In this document: in pieces, positions 1 to 11,771 of the stretch
Numbering within the stretch: the stretch's first letter is position 1
Layout: every line of letters begins with the position of its first letter
Assembly (NCBI RefSeq): GCF_001194135.2
Contig: NC_068983.1
Span: 80,009,646-80,056,188, forward strand
DNA: 46,543 bases
Source of the DNA: Octopus bimaculoides
Taxonomy: Eukaryota
Reading direction: 5' to 3'
The notes under the pieces: generated by a model
What the model was told of the DNA's origin: nothing
The model's input: the letters and a program-made list of their open reading frames with translations, nothing else
Database searches by the model: none
Position numbers and translations under genes: made by a program

Positions 1-366
1 TATTGGGTCGACATACGGCAGGCTCTCTTCTTCCCATTCATTCTCTTTATTAAGCAATCTATCGTAGTGGCATCTCCAGACCTCTTTCTTTGCATCCTCA
101 TTTAGTGCAAGCGTACCATCATCCATGCGAACACATTTCTCTCCTACAACATCACTATTCTCTCTCCTCCACTGTCTTGCAACACAAAATACCTCGAGTC
201 TTTGGTCCTCACGGCGCAGAACATTGGCAAATCTTTTCTTATCTGCTTCCCCTCTGGCTAAATAAACCTGTCACCTAGCCTCCCTTCTGGCACATTGGTA
301 CAATTCCCTGCTACCACCGTTCTTCCAGTCCTTCCAAGCCTGTTTCTTTTGTCTAATAGCCCTGTC
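1..366 (-). mobile_element. RTE-clade LINE ORF2 fragment (linker between endonuclease and RT), degenerate
   Basis: Manual minus-strand translation gives DRAIRQKKQAWKDWKNGGSRELYQCARREAR*QVYLARGEAD...KEVWRCHYDRLLNKENEW, typical of RTE ORF2 upstream of the RT. It has one in-frame stop, begins at a (TA)n tract and runs off the window edge. Confidence 0.85.
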
Positions 367-446
367 TAATATATATATATAGCTTGCTAGTAAAACGCAT
401 AAAGATCATAAGTTATAAAGTTATAATAAAAGGAGAAACCAAATCT

Positions 447-776
447 CCATGCTGGCATGGGTTAGACTGTTTGACTTGAACTGGTAAACTGGAGGGCTGC
501 ACCAGATTCCAGTCTGATTTGGCATGTTTTCTACAGCTGGACACCCTTCCTAACACCATCCACTGCAAGAGTGTTATAGGTGCTCTTCACATGCCACCAG
601 CATGGTTGCCATTTTCCTAACACCAGCAACTACAATTTTGTTTGGCTTGACAAATCTTCTCAAGCACAGTATATTGCGAAAGGTCTCAGTCGCCTGTCAT
701 TGCCTCAGTGAGACCCGATATTCGAAGATCGTGCTTCACCATCTCGTCCCATGTTTTCCTGGGTTTATCTCTTCCA
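447..776 (-). mobile_element. RTE LINE 3' end (ORF2 C-terminus plus 3' UTR)
   Basis: Minus strand reads GRDKPRKTWDEMVKHDLRISGLTEAMTGD*DL, matching the RTE C-terminal GRPRKTW motif. The 3' UTR block that follows recurs at 21258-21570 and 37033-37258. Confidence 0.8.
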
Positions 777-1059
777 TATAAAGAGAGAAAGGGACAGACA
801 ACATATACTCATACACATGATATATTTCTGTAGTGCAAACATTCAAACATCATCACTCTGTTTCCAAATCCTCCTGCATTCCCTTGGAATTATTGGTCCT
901 CCAAACATGACTTGATGTACCTACCTTCTTTTGGGCTGTAACTTTTCCTCTGAAAAATTCAACTTGTATACCAATATACATGGTATTAAGAAATACACAC
1001 TGCTCAAAACAAAATTCAATAGTTTTCATATTTAATGTTTATATATATATATATATATA

Positions 1060-1267
1060 CAGGGTGTCCACAAAGTCTGGGTACATAGGGGATTAACACA
1101 TACATTAAGAAATTATTTCTTATATTTAAATGTTTATGTTATGATTTTATTTACTCCATGTACCCACATGGAGATTAACACACTTTAAGAAATTATTATT
1201 TCTTATATTTAATTGTTTATGTTATGCTTTTATTTTCTCCATGTACCCAGACCTTGTGGGCACCCTG
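1060..1267. mobile_element. Tc1/mariner-type MITE with internal duplication
   Basis: 29-bp TIRs CAGGGTGTCCACAAAGTCTGGGTACATAG and its reverse complement (3 mismatches), embedded in a (TA)n tract. The interior is an ~80-bp direct duplication. Confidence 0.8.
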
Positions 1268-1269
1268 TG

Positions 1270-1305
<36 letters not shown>

Positions 1306-1325
1306 TACACACACANNNNNNNNNN

Positions 1326-1368
<43 letters not shown>
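1268..1368. repeat. (TA)n/(CA)n microsatellite with 10-N gap
   Basis: Directly visible; N at 1316-1325. Confidence 0.95.
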
Positions 1369-1371
<3 letters not shown>

Positions 1372-2605
1372 ACAGGTCTATATCATTTCCTATAATACTT
1401 TTACATTTGCAAATTTTCTTTACAGAAGAATTATATAACCAGTTCATTTGAAAGAACAATCTAAATATTTCCTGAAAACTGGATTTTCCTTTATTGTAAT
1501 ACTTAGGTTTTGTTTTTTTTTTTGTTTCTCACAACATCTTTGTAATCATTCTCATGGCTGATAATCAAAACATAAAGTATTGGTTAACTGCTAACAGTCT
1601 TGGAACTCTATCAAGTATTTTAGCTCTGTATATTATAGGGTTCCAAGAAATCTTATCTATAAAACATTAACAGATAGTTAGTGGATGGTGTATGTAAGAG
1701 ATGTAACGATATTCCACAAATAGACATAGTTTTGAACTCAAGATTTAGTTTTGGATTACATTCTTGAATCAAGGGTGTTTACCTCATATTTTCAGATATC
1801 ATGTCAGTCTATTGTTCACAGGTTTTGGGATAGATTTATAATCAAATACATAGTGCTAATGACAAGCTTAGATTTTCACTCTCATTTTTCTACAAAAGAA
1901 TATTCTTTTGCTAAAAGTGCTATAAAATTACTAGTCAACACATCTATTTCATTTGTTTCATTTATAAGACATGGATGAATTATAATACCTCCTCCTTCTC
2001 CTTCACTATGAGATTCCATATATGTTAGAAACTGATTTATTTATGGACTTCTGTTACTAACCAGTTCACTGAAATTTTTCTTATTTTCACACAGTGCTTT
2101 TTGTCCAACTATGTTTATAAAAGAAATGCAAATATTGGTGTGTAATTCTCAATTACAAACTCAATATGAATACGGTTTGACACATTTCACTACATACCTT
2201 CAAATTATGCTTTCCTCCTCTTCATCATCCTGATTGTTTTTTTAGTAATAGAACACTAAGAAGTTTTGTAGAGCTATTTATTTTAAAAGATTAATGGCTA
2301 CCCATCAAGGTAGCTGGCATTGTCCAGACCATAAATAACAGCCGCACTTACAATCACCTTGCCTACACTATCACATATTTACATCAGCTTTGCTTAATAA
2401 ATGTGGATTGAATATATAATCATTTTCCATCATCTTGATTCTATTTTTGTTGTTGAACCCCTATTGAGAAGGGGTCAGTTTCAAAAGTTCTTTTCTCTAA
2501 ATTTTCTTTGTGTTTTATGCTCCATCAAGCAAAATTTCTCCACCAATTCTTCCATAAGCAATAGCTACCAGATTTTTCTGACAAATACCAACACCCACTT
2601 CATAT

Positions 2606-2624
2606 ATATATATANNNNNNNNNN

Positions 2625-2667
<43 letters not shown>
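2606..2667. repeat. (TA)n/(GA)n microsatellite with 10-N gap
   Basis: Directly visible. Confidence 0.95.
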
Positions 2668-2668
<1 letters not shown>

Positions 2669-3372
2669 TTCTTCTACATTTAAATCTGTCTGATTGGAAT
2701 GATCTAAATCATGATGGCTTTCCAGTACAGAATTTGAAGTTTGCTGATGAAAGAATGCATTGATAAAGTTAAGATTTTGGAGAAAGTGTGGGAGAGGAAT
2801 ATTTTAATGTCTACCTACCCATTTATTATTTTGGTGTTGTTATTGTATTACACGTTATCTTCTTGTATAACATTTCTTCCTCAAATCACACTTTGGAAAT
2901 TGACCAAGTATTCTTTATCTAAGACATTTGGGGCTCTTTTTTTTTCTGAGATTTCTGATAGTAAAGCCACTTAACCCATATACAAACTTATACATAATTT
3001 GGCTAATACTATTCTGTAGTATTGTTATTCACCTCATTTATTCTCATTCTTATACAAACATTTAAAAATAATTTTCTATGTACGACTTTGGCCTAGTTAT
3101 TCTGAAATGTTATGTAATTTTTCAGCCTAGTCTCCAATATTATTTTTAACATTAATTCATTTGTAGTATTCACAAAGTTTTTATTCCATATAAAAATGAA
3201 ACCTTTTGTCCAAAACATTTCATCACTTTTGTTTTAATGACTTCAGTTTTTGTGTCAATGCTATAGAATGCAGGTCTGTGGAATGGATTACACACTATAT
3301 CTCTCCACTTACATAATCATCTCCAGGAGTTTTGAATTAGATGCATTTTGTTGAAACAGTAAAAGGTTGGTT

Positions 3373-3510
3373 GGTTATGGCTTTGTGGTTAAAATGTTTA
3401 GCAATTATGTGGTTTCAGGTTTGATATCATTGTGCAGCAGCAAGGCTAAATGAGTTGACTAAACCTTGTTTATGTGAAATTTGGTCACAGGAAATTGTGT
3501 GGGAGCCCTT
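3373..3510 (+). mobile_element. Highly decayed tRNA-derived SINE (family A) 5' part
   Basis: Remnants of the head (ggctttgtggttaa...gtggtttcaggttt) and core (ccttgt...aaatttggt...ggaaa) seen in the 10579-10992 copy. Confidence 0.45.
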
Positions 3511-3687
3511 CAGAAATTACTTCTGTTCTTAAACATTATTATTAATAATCTTCTCACCAATTGAGAAATAAGACCTCAACAATCCATTACCATTCAGACT
3601 GGTTTTCAACTTTTGAACAACTTTTTGTACCTTGTTGTATGTAAGATCTCAGCTGTTCTATATGAGATGATATTTCACTATTTAGGT

Positions 3688-3943
3688 CAGTGTTTCTCAA
3701 CCATTTTTCACCTGTGGACCCCTTTGATTCCTATTTTATCTGGGTGGACCTTCGTAGCTATTCTATGTTAAAAAAAAATCCCATTATATTTTTATAATCA
3801 AATATTATTAGGAATTGTATTTAAAAAATCATTAAAATATTTGGTGTATTGTAGAATTATAAGCAATTTATTGCTCACAAATTTTGACAAAAAATCGTAT
3901 GTGGACCTCCAAGGGCTATATGGACCCCATTTGAAAACCACTG
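3688..3943. mobile_element. hAT (Charlie-like) MITE
   Basis: Termini CAGTGTTTCTCAA and TTGAAAACCACTG. 8-bp TSD ATTTAGGT/ATCTAGGT (7/8), resembling the nTCTAGAn target preference of Charlie elements. Confidence 0.85.
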
Positions 3944-4988
3944 ATCTAGGTTTTCACTTTCTAGATTATTTTCATTTTAATGCTTCTCCTAGTATCCTAC
4001 CATTGTCCATTCTGACTGAGTGGCTTAGCCATTTAAGTTGCCAGCGTTTTAATTCAAGAAACACACAATTGCAACCAGTTTTATTGTCCATTTCTCTTCT
4101 TTTATAGTCCAACTGTTCTCTTAGTGGCTCTGAAAAAGCCTCTTAGACACTATCTCCTCTTCATCTGACTAGCAATTAAAACAAATAAAACTAACTTCCA
4201 CATAGTTACAGAGTTAGAACTTGGATTTTAATGTCCATGAATTTATCTTCAAATCATTATTAAAAAGTCATAATACTCTGCTTATTATTATATTTGTTCA
4301 ACTCAGATAAGTGAAGAAAATTTTTTTAATATGTACTATACTGCATTAATTTATATTCTGATGATTAACTGTTTTTTGTACTGTCCACAATATTTGATTA
4401 CTCTTCTGAATATAAAGATATAAAAAAGAATAATGGGTCAAGCTCTTCTGAAATTTAATAGTTTTCTAAGGAAACCTTCTCACATTTCTTGAAGATGTAA
4501 AGTTATATATCTGTCGATAAGATATCAGCAATGTGCATTGATTATATGTAAACAAGAAGAAAGTATACTTTGATAGGAGGCAATTAAAATGCATTGGGAG
4601 AAAGGTCAAAACGTGGTTCATATTTGTTGTTACTGTAAGACAAGTGAAGATAAAAGCATGTTAAGAGTTGTAATCTTAAGAACTGTTGACTATTTTATCT
4701 AAAGTGTCTTTTTTACAAAGCAGAGTGTTAGAAAGTCAAGTGAGAGAGAGCAAGTAATATTTCTCTTTTTTTTTTTCTTCAAAAAAGCAAAATTTTGATG
4801 ATGAGAGATGTCAAATTCTCACAAAGAAACAATTAGCTTACTTCATCTCATCTTGATACTTAATCATTATCGTGACATTTCCTGTCAACTATTGTTTTGA
4901 AATTCATTGCTTTAAAATCTACCTGCTGGTGGAGCAGAAAAGAGCTAATTTAAAAGAGTTTTAAGTATTTTGCTCTGATCTTTTATTT

Positions 4989-5135
4989 ATGTATGTATGT
5001 ATGTATGCATGCATGTATGTATGCATGTATGTATTATGTATGTATGTGTGTGTGTGTATGCACGCATATATGTATATACATCTGTATGTATATATGTATG
5101 CTTGCACGTATGTACATACGTACATATGTATGTAT
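4989..5135. repeat. Degenerate (TATG)n/(TG)n microsatellite
   Basis: Directly visible; explains the MYVCMY ORFs. Confidence 0.9.
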
Positions 5136-6274
5136 GTCTTTCCTAAAAGAGTTATAATATTCAAAAAGTTAGTATATTGACAAATAGTAGAACATGTAAC
5201 TAAATAGCTTTTAGTTTTTAGTTTGTTTTTTTTTCCTGAATGTGACATTGTATAATTGAGCAAGGTGATGTGTCCAGAGATATCAACCATACAAAAATAT
5301 CAGTCTTCAATATTACAATTTTCTTTACAAACACACCAAAGCTCTTACTCTTTTACCTTCGGTCTGTTACCTCAGATTTACAATGCAAGTTTAACACACA
5401 GGGTAAAGGGCTCTATAGTTCAGCTGGTTCATCCAATTTCAGTTCAAAATTCAAGAAATATGCTCTTATTAACAAATTCTCTAACATTTTACTGATGCTA
5501 TGCTGTTGAAAAACAATCCACAATTGTAAAAGAAGAAACCTCAGCTGTGCTTGCATTTGATAGTACTAACCATATTAAATTACAAGTTTAACTTAGTAAT
5601 GACAGATAACCTAAAAATACAGTATAAAACTTTATTTCCATTGGGCTTGAGTATTTGAAGATATAACCAATGCTGAAATAAATAAGAAAACACATATTTG
5701 TTGTCATTGAGGTTAGTATTGCATACAAACTAACTTGAGAAAACAGTCTAAGAATGATATATTGCAAACTGTTCTCCCTTTTCTATAACCTTTCAAAGTT
5801 TACTGGCTATTCTTTATAGCTTTTACAACTTTTCTCAGCTAATAACAGTTGTCAGTTAATACTTTCTCTATCTTAAGAACTTACACCAGATGCTGTCTCT
5901 GTTTCAGGCAGTTAATCTGAAAAATATTTTCTTATTGGGCTGTGTGCTTTATGTTGGTGTGGTTATCTGTCTATTATTAGCCTATTACTTTACAATCTTG
6001 TTTTGATTCTTTCTTTATAATGTAGCATCAAGGTGGTTGTAGCATATAGACTTTGTAAAAAATAAATTTGAGTGACATCTTTAACAAGTTTTGGTGATAC
6101 TACTACTATTTTTAATGAACAGAATCATTTGAGACAAAGAATAGATACCAGTACAAATTTCCCCAAATTGTCATCAATGGGTATTTTTGCATGTTTTGAC
6201 TATGGTGCTTTACAACTAAAGTTGACATGTTAGACAAAAACCTGACATCACATCTGGAATCAGTACTCTCATAT

Positions 6275-6447
6275 TACCATATGTGATGGCATAAAAGATG
6301 TATGAGTATATTAGATGCACCCCAATTTCAGTCACACATATTCAAGAAAAGTTTTCAGGGTATTAAAAGGACTTGAGTTGATTTTTTTTTTTTAAGATAT
6401 TTTTGGGAAAAAAAAAAAGTGCATCTTATATACCATCAAATATTGTA
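6275..6447. mobile_element. pogo/Tc1-mariner-like MITE
   Basis: ~26-bp imperfect TIRs TACCATATGTGATGGCATAAAAGATG and CATCTTATATACCATCAAATATTGTA, with TA at each end. Confidence 0.7.
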
Positions 6448-7002
6448 GCTTACAACTGTCTTCACTTTTGAAATATAAAAAATAATCAATAAATAAACAA
6501 CAAAATTGTTGCAGATCAGTGTTATGAATTCACACTGCACATTCAAATGAAGCTCCTACATTAGAAAATATGGATATACATGATAACAATAATGAATTAA
6601 TTACACTTCTGTAGGAAGTTTGAAAAATGTTCATAAGGATCACAATAATGGTGAATTACATAATTTTTTTATTTTTATTTTATTTACATACCAACAAAAA
6701 AAAAACGGACTTCTCCTGATCTTGTTGGTAGAATGGTGTGATGAAATTTACACAACAGATAGTGTGTGAACACAGATTTGAGATAGGATAAAATTCAAAT
6801 ATAGATGTAACAGATATCAATTTTCTACAACCTTAATCAAGGCAGACTTCATATTGCAATAATGTTAAATAATAGTCAACCCAAAAGAGAAAATATAGAT
6901 AACATTTTTTAAAGCTGATAGAAGTTATTCTGCAAAGTTAAAACAATAAGCTGATTGTTAATTGAATGATTGAAAGGGTGAAAAAATGAAACAGGTTAGC
7001 CA

Positions 7003-7175
7003 CATCTGTCACTGACATCGAAGGGATAAGACAGTCATGTGTTCTCTTAAATAGCTAAAACATGGTGCATTGACTACTTTTCTCTGATTGGCTGAAATGA
7101 CTCACATGGTAGCAACAACTAAACTATAATGTCATCTGCATAAAATTATTACAGTTTCTATGTACTACCAGATGG
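7003..7175. promoter_or_regulatory. Candidate enhancer-like motif cluster
   Basis: Three CATCTG/CAGATG E-boxes (7003, 7133, 7169), CTGATTGGCTG CCAAT box (7084) and TGACTCA AP-1 site (7098) within ~170 bp of non-repeat DNA. Motif matches only. Confidence 0.25.
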
Positions 7176-7350
7176 CAGAGCCCTTCTGACTTACTGACAC
7201 TGTACTTCAAAGTAGTTAAACATGTTCTTCCAATGGTAGGTGATGTAAAGGTTTCAATCTGACAGTAATGCATGCACTTAACAGTAACAAGTTTCAAATT
7301 GCAATATTATTAAAAGTAAGAGTTTGTTATAGAAAATGTTTATCCATATT

Positions 7351-7734
7351 TCTTACTTTTTACTTCTTTCAGTCATTTGAATGCGGCCATGCTGGGGCAC
7401 CACCTTGAAGGGCTTTAGTCGAACAAATCAACCCCATACCTTTTTTTGTTTTAAAGCCTTGTACTTATTCTATCAGTCTTTTGCTAAACCACTAAGTTAT
7501 GGGATGTAAGCACACCAACATCAGTTATCATATGGTGGAGGGGGACAAACATAGATACATACATATATGTATATATATGATAGGCTTGTTTTAGTTTACA
7601 TCTACCAAATCCACCCACAAGGCTTTGGTTGGCCTGAGGTTATAGTAGAAGACACTTGCCCAAGGTGCCACATAGTGGGACTGAATTGGAACCAAGTGGT
7701 TGGGAAGCAAGCTTCTTACCTCTCAGCCACGCCT
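7351..7734 (-). mobile_element. tRNA-derived SINE family A (octopus-type), near full length
   Basis: Reverse complement of the 10579-10992 element: head, CCTTGGGCAAGTGTCTTCTACTATA core, internal (TA/CA) spacer and CAAATGACTGAAA tail. Confidence 0.85.
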
Positions 7735-9097
7735 GAACCTATATGTTTGTGTTTATAAACTCAAATGTTTAATTCAATATTGTAGAAATAGTATTATGTA
7801 TGTTTTTAAATTAGAATTCCTTTTGAAAGTCATACATGGTAAGATCAAATAATGTTGCTGTTGTAGACAGAAAAGAAAATAGTGTATCTGGTATAGAAGA
7901 AAGACTGACAGAAAATGAGATGCATGAATTGATTTCTTGTGCTGTGTTTAAAATTAACTAAAATGAAAGTTCTACATGAAGAAAATGGTTGCTGTAGTAT
8001 TGACATCTGCCAAGGAAAAGTGTGATATAACAATTTGATATTTCATTTAACTAAAAGTAAGAGTGAGAGTAACTAAATAAAAGTAGAAAATCTATTTCCA
8101 CTGGTTGAGTTATGTTTAAAAAGAGACAAACAAATATACAGTTTGCTCATGTAGGCTGCTGAGTAAAGAAAATAAACAGCTTTGCATTCTGTTTTATGTA
8201 GCCATGTTAATTAATGGCTGAGAGTATTGGCTTATTGCTCCAATAAACCAATAAGAAACAGTGAACACAAACTTCATCTGGTTGCATTATGTCTGGTATG
8301 AGATTGCTACAACCTCTGAAGGAAAAAAAAAAGATGGATTCTCTTATTTAACTTCTGTGAAAATTATACACATACTATGACTTGTTTATTATAAAAGACA
8401 AGGTTTTTTAAAATGATGTTAATTGATAAATAGTGTTACAATTGTTTCATTTATTTTTTAATCTGTGTTCCTATGAATATACTCCTTTTTCATTTATGGT
8501 TATAAAGGAACCTATTTTTTCATTTAAGTGAAAAAAGAGTAATTTCGGAAGAACAATTGTGCATTTTAGCAAACTTAGTACACTTTTCTCCATTTGAAAT
8601 CTATTTTGTAAATTGTTAAATAAAGCAAAATATTCTTCAGTAGTTGTAAATCTGGTGAAAGGATATTGGCCAAATATTCAGCATTTAATATTTCCAATTG
8701 CCTGGTTTGTGTTAGCCTTATTGAAAAATTGAGACTATATGCTGATATACCATTATGCAAAATCTATGCTGAGAATGTGGGAAAGTATCAGTGATATAAA
8801 AGTTTTTGGTGTTGATGCTTATTCCCAGACCAGCAGTGATCCAACAGTTCTATTATCAAAGTATTCCAGCCATAACCATCACATATTTTTTTTCAGGCAT
8901 CTTCTGTCTCATACTGCATTATTTAATATAGTCTTAGAGATAGTCTTTTTTAAGACAGTAGAATATGTTTTAAAGGAAAGTTGACTGTTATTTTTAGCAG
9001 GTTGAGTGACTATAGAGAAATTATCTCCCTGGCTATCAGCAGAGATGTAGCCACAGATGAACACAAGTAGTTTGTTGATCTAAAAAAAAGAAGTGTG

Positions 9098-9139
9098 CAT
9101 GTGTGTGTGTGTGTGCACGTGTGTGCACATGTGTGTGTC

Positions 9140-9182
<43 letters not shown>
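9098..9182. repeat. (TG)n(AG)n compound microsatellite
   Basis: Directly visible. Confidence 0.95.
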
Positions 9183-9187
<5 letters not shown>

Positions 9188-9394
9188 TGAATTGATAATC
9201 AATTTCTTGAAAATGTAGTCAATAAATGTTAACAGAAGAATCACTTGCCTCACTAGTTATTGTTATATTTTTTATTACACAAAATTTCTTTAGTTCTAAC
9301 TAAAACAAAAACAAAAAAAAACAATCTTCACTTAAAAAACATATAACTTTAACTTTTTAAAGCCATGGATTCTTTTATATTTGAGCTTAAATCC

Positions 9395-9560
9395 ACAATT
9401 TGGTTAAGAAGTTCACTTCACAATCATGAGGTTTCAAAATCAATTCCTCTGCATTGCACTTTGAGTAAGTGCCTTCTGTTGTAGACTTAGCATGACCAAT
9501 ACTTTTGTGAGTGAAATTTGATGAATGGAAACTGTACAAACCCATGATATGGTTGTGTAT
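9395..9560 (+). mobile_element. Decayed SINE family A 5' half
   Basis: ggttaagaag...actttgagtaagtgccttctg...gtgagtgaaatttgatgaatggaaactg resembles the family A head and core. Confidence 0.55.
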
Positions 9561-9673
9561 TTATATTTGGGCATACCAATGTAAATTAGTGCCTTGAGAG
9601 CCACATCTTTTTGCATTAAAAAACTGCTTAACCAATTTAATGTGTTGGAGTGTACCTAAGCACTGTAGCTCAA

Positions 9674-9727
<54 letters not shown>

Positions 9728-9746
9728 CATCATTATTATCATTATT
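9674..9746. repeat. (ATT)n microsatellite
   Basis: Directly visible; explains the poly-N ORF. Confidence 0.95.
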
Positions 9747-9965
9747 AAGGTGGTAAGCCAGTAGAATTGTTAGCACACAAAATGCTTGGCAGCATTTCAT
9801 CCATCTTCTGTGTTCAGATTCTACTGAGGTCACTTTTGCTTTTCATCCTTTCAGGGTCAATAAGATAAAGTACTAGTTGAGTTCTGAGGTCAATGAAATT
9901 AACCAGATACCCCTCCAATCCAAAATTTCTGGTTTTGTGCCTATAGAAGAAAGAATTATTATTTT
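9747..9965 (+). mobile_element. tRNA-derived SINE family B
   Basis: Pol III A-box-like start, central CATCCTTTCAGGGTCAATAAGATAAAGTAC block and (ATT)n tail. Homologous to the copies at 35847 and 36097. Confidence 0.8.
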
Positions 9966-10097
9966 TTGGTTTCACTCAGGATTGGTCTTATTCCTGATGT
10001 GGATAGCAGGTTACTACATGTAGCCTTAGGTATCCACAAGTTTTCAGTAGTCTTTCAAGTGCTTAGAACCCACCTGATAATCCTTGCTTTCCCTACA
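9960..10097 (-). mobile_element. 3' terminus of R4/Dong-like RLE non-LTR element (continuation of 11151-11455)
   Basis: Minus strand reads VGKARIIRWVLST*, matching the LLGTARIIRKVL terminal motif. A short UTR and (TAA)n follow. Confidence 0.65.
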
Positions 10098-10744
10098 GAG
10101 CATATCAGGACAATTACGCCACTAGGACAACTACCCCTAGGACAATTACCCCTCTTGGTTAATTACCCCCTCTCCAATATATTAAGAAGTTTTAAATCAT
10201 CATCTAAAAGTGCAAATTATACACAATTCCTTGCAAATATTGTATCACGTTTATATTTTCGTAATTGCTAACCACAGCATTAATACAGGTGGAAACATCT
10301 AAATATTTCTTTCTAGAAATAATCAACAACAAACACATTTCATCAATATTAAAGTCTTTATTTGATTAAAAATAATATTATCAAAACATGAAGGTAAAAC
10401 AAAACAAATATGCTTTATTTTCTTCTGGGCACCAATGTACTGTAGCAGTAGTCTTTCATGTTGTTCACTGATCGACCTTTCCTCCTGAAAAAATCAGTGG
10501 AATCATTTGATCTCCATGCACAAATTATTTTTCTCCTGAAGCTTATAAAAAATACACACATTAGGTGCACCTTTCTCTAAGCGTAGGAGTGGCTGTGTGG
10601 TAAGTAGCTTGCTTGCCAACCACATGGTTCTGGGTTCATTCCTACTGCGCGGCAACTTGGGCAAGTGTCTTCTACTATAGCCTTGGACTGACCAAAGCCT
10701 TGTGAACGGATTTGGTAGATGGAAACTGAAAGAAGCTCATCGTA

Positions 10745-10811
<67 letters not shown>

Positions 10812-11150
10812 TTGTCCCACCAACATCGCTTGACAACAGATGCTGGTGTGTTTACATCCTCATGACTTAGCGGTTTGACAAAAGGACCTGATAGAATAAG
10901 TACTAGGCTTACAAAGATTTGCTTAACTGAAGGCTGTGCTCCAGCATGGTCACAGTCAAATGACTGAAGCAAATAAAAGAATAAAAGAATAAACCGCACA
11001 CTAAATTTCCCAGGTAGAAAATAGCAGCTTATACAGCGGAAAATACGGTACACATTGGGGGTTAACTGCTTAGGGGTAATTGACCTAGTGGGTTTGTCCT
11101 AGGGAGTTGTTGTCCTCACAGGTAATTGTCCATGGGAGTAAATGTTCTAG
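10098..11150. mobile_element. Putative foldback/MULE-like non-autonomous DNA element with subterminal repeat arrays
   Basis: GGACAATTACCCC-like repeats at 10108-10170 are mirrored by GGGGTAATTGTCC-like repeats at 11057-11131. Possible 9-bp TSD TTCCCTACA/ATTCCTACA. Superfamily uncertain. Confidence 0.55.
10579..10992 (+). mobile_element. tRNA-derived SINE family A (octopus-type), full length
   Basis: GCGTAGGAGTGGCTGTGTGGTAAG head with B-box-like GGGTTCATTCC, TTGGGCAAGTGTC core, internal (TA)n(TG)n and (TAAAAGA)n tail. Many homologous copies in the window. Confidence 0.9.
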
Positions 11151-11455
11151 ATTCCTACAAAGCATTCTATTCCAATCTCCTTCAGCCATTTGTTTGTCTT
11201 TCTACTTACTGTTCCCAATGCACAACCTTTACAGTCCTCATTTTCAAATTCTTTCAATTTTAAGGGGCTATATCTTTTTTGTTCTTCGTCCTCTTTCTTT
11301 GGGATCCTGGAATCAAACAGGGATGATGGGTCAATTAGTAAGCAACTTCGCTTTTCCTTATCTATAATTGTTATGTCTGGTCTATTATTTTCTAACTTTT
11401 TGTCTGTTTGAATTGGAAAGTCTTACAAAATCTTAAATTTCTGCGACTCCAGTAC
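11151..11455 (-). mobile_element. R4/Dong-like non-LTR retrotransposon restriction-like endonuclease domain fragment
   Basis: Minus strand reads KIL*DFPIQTDKKLENNRPDITIIDKEKRSCLLIDP, followed after frameshifts by ALGTVSRKTNKWLKEIGIEC. These are the PD-(D/E)xK-type RLE motifs. Confidence 0.85.
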
Positions 11456-11504
11456 TCTTTATTATTATTATTGTTGTTGTCATCATTATTATTATTATTA
11501 TTAT

Positions 11505-11771
11505 TATTTTCTTTTCCTGGGTTATCTATGTCATGTTAAGATGCAACACTTTCCTTAACACTTGTGTTTTTTATTTTTCTGAGTATTGCTGCCAGCTGTG
11601 TACTTTCTATGAAGTTTAATATTTTCAGCTTTACATGTCAGAACATTATTTTCTTTGAGATGGTTCCAAGTGCACCGATCACAATAGGTATTACTCACAC
11701 TTTTGAGACTCAATGGATGTGCTTCACTTCCAATGCTAGGGTTTGGTACATTTTGACTTTCTTGTTCTCTG
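11505..11771 (-). mobile_element. Second R4/Dong-like RLE 3' end, different lineage
   Basis: Minus strand reads KMYQTLALEVKHIH*VSKV*VIPIVIGALGTISK...VLRKVLHL*, then (TAA)n. Flanked on both sides by (ATT)n. Confidence 0.8.

Noticed and set aside
1213-1459. THTHT/CVCVC/YIYIY/RERER-type short ORFs here and throughout
   Set aside because: They are translations of dinucleotide microsatellites.
2744-2780. Other CUGANGA heptamers (e.g. 2744, 4359, 23092, 38926 minus)
   Set aside because: They lack stem II followed by GAAA and a closing stem I, so they are chance matches.
10108-10170. Short spaced repeats superficially like a mini CRISPR array
   Set aside because: The context is eukaryotic, there are no unique spacers, and the repeats are mirrored at 11057-11131 as transposon subterminal repeats.
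10577-11053. 158-aa minus-strand ORF
   Set aside because: It is an antisense reading of a SINE plus microsatellite.
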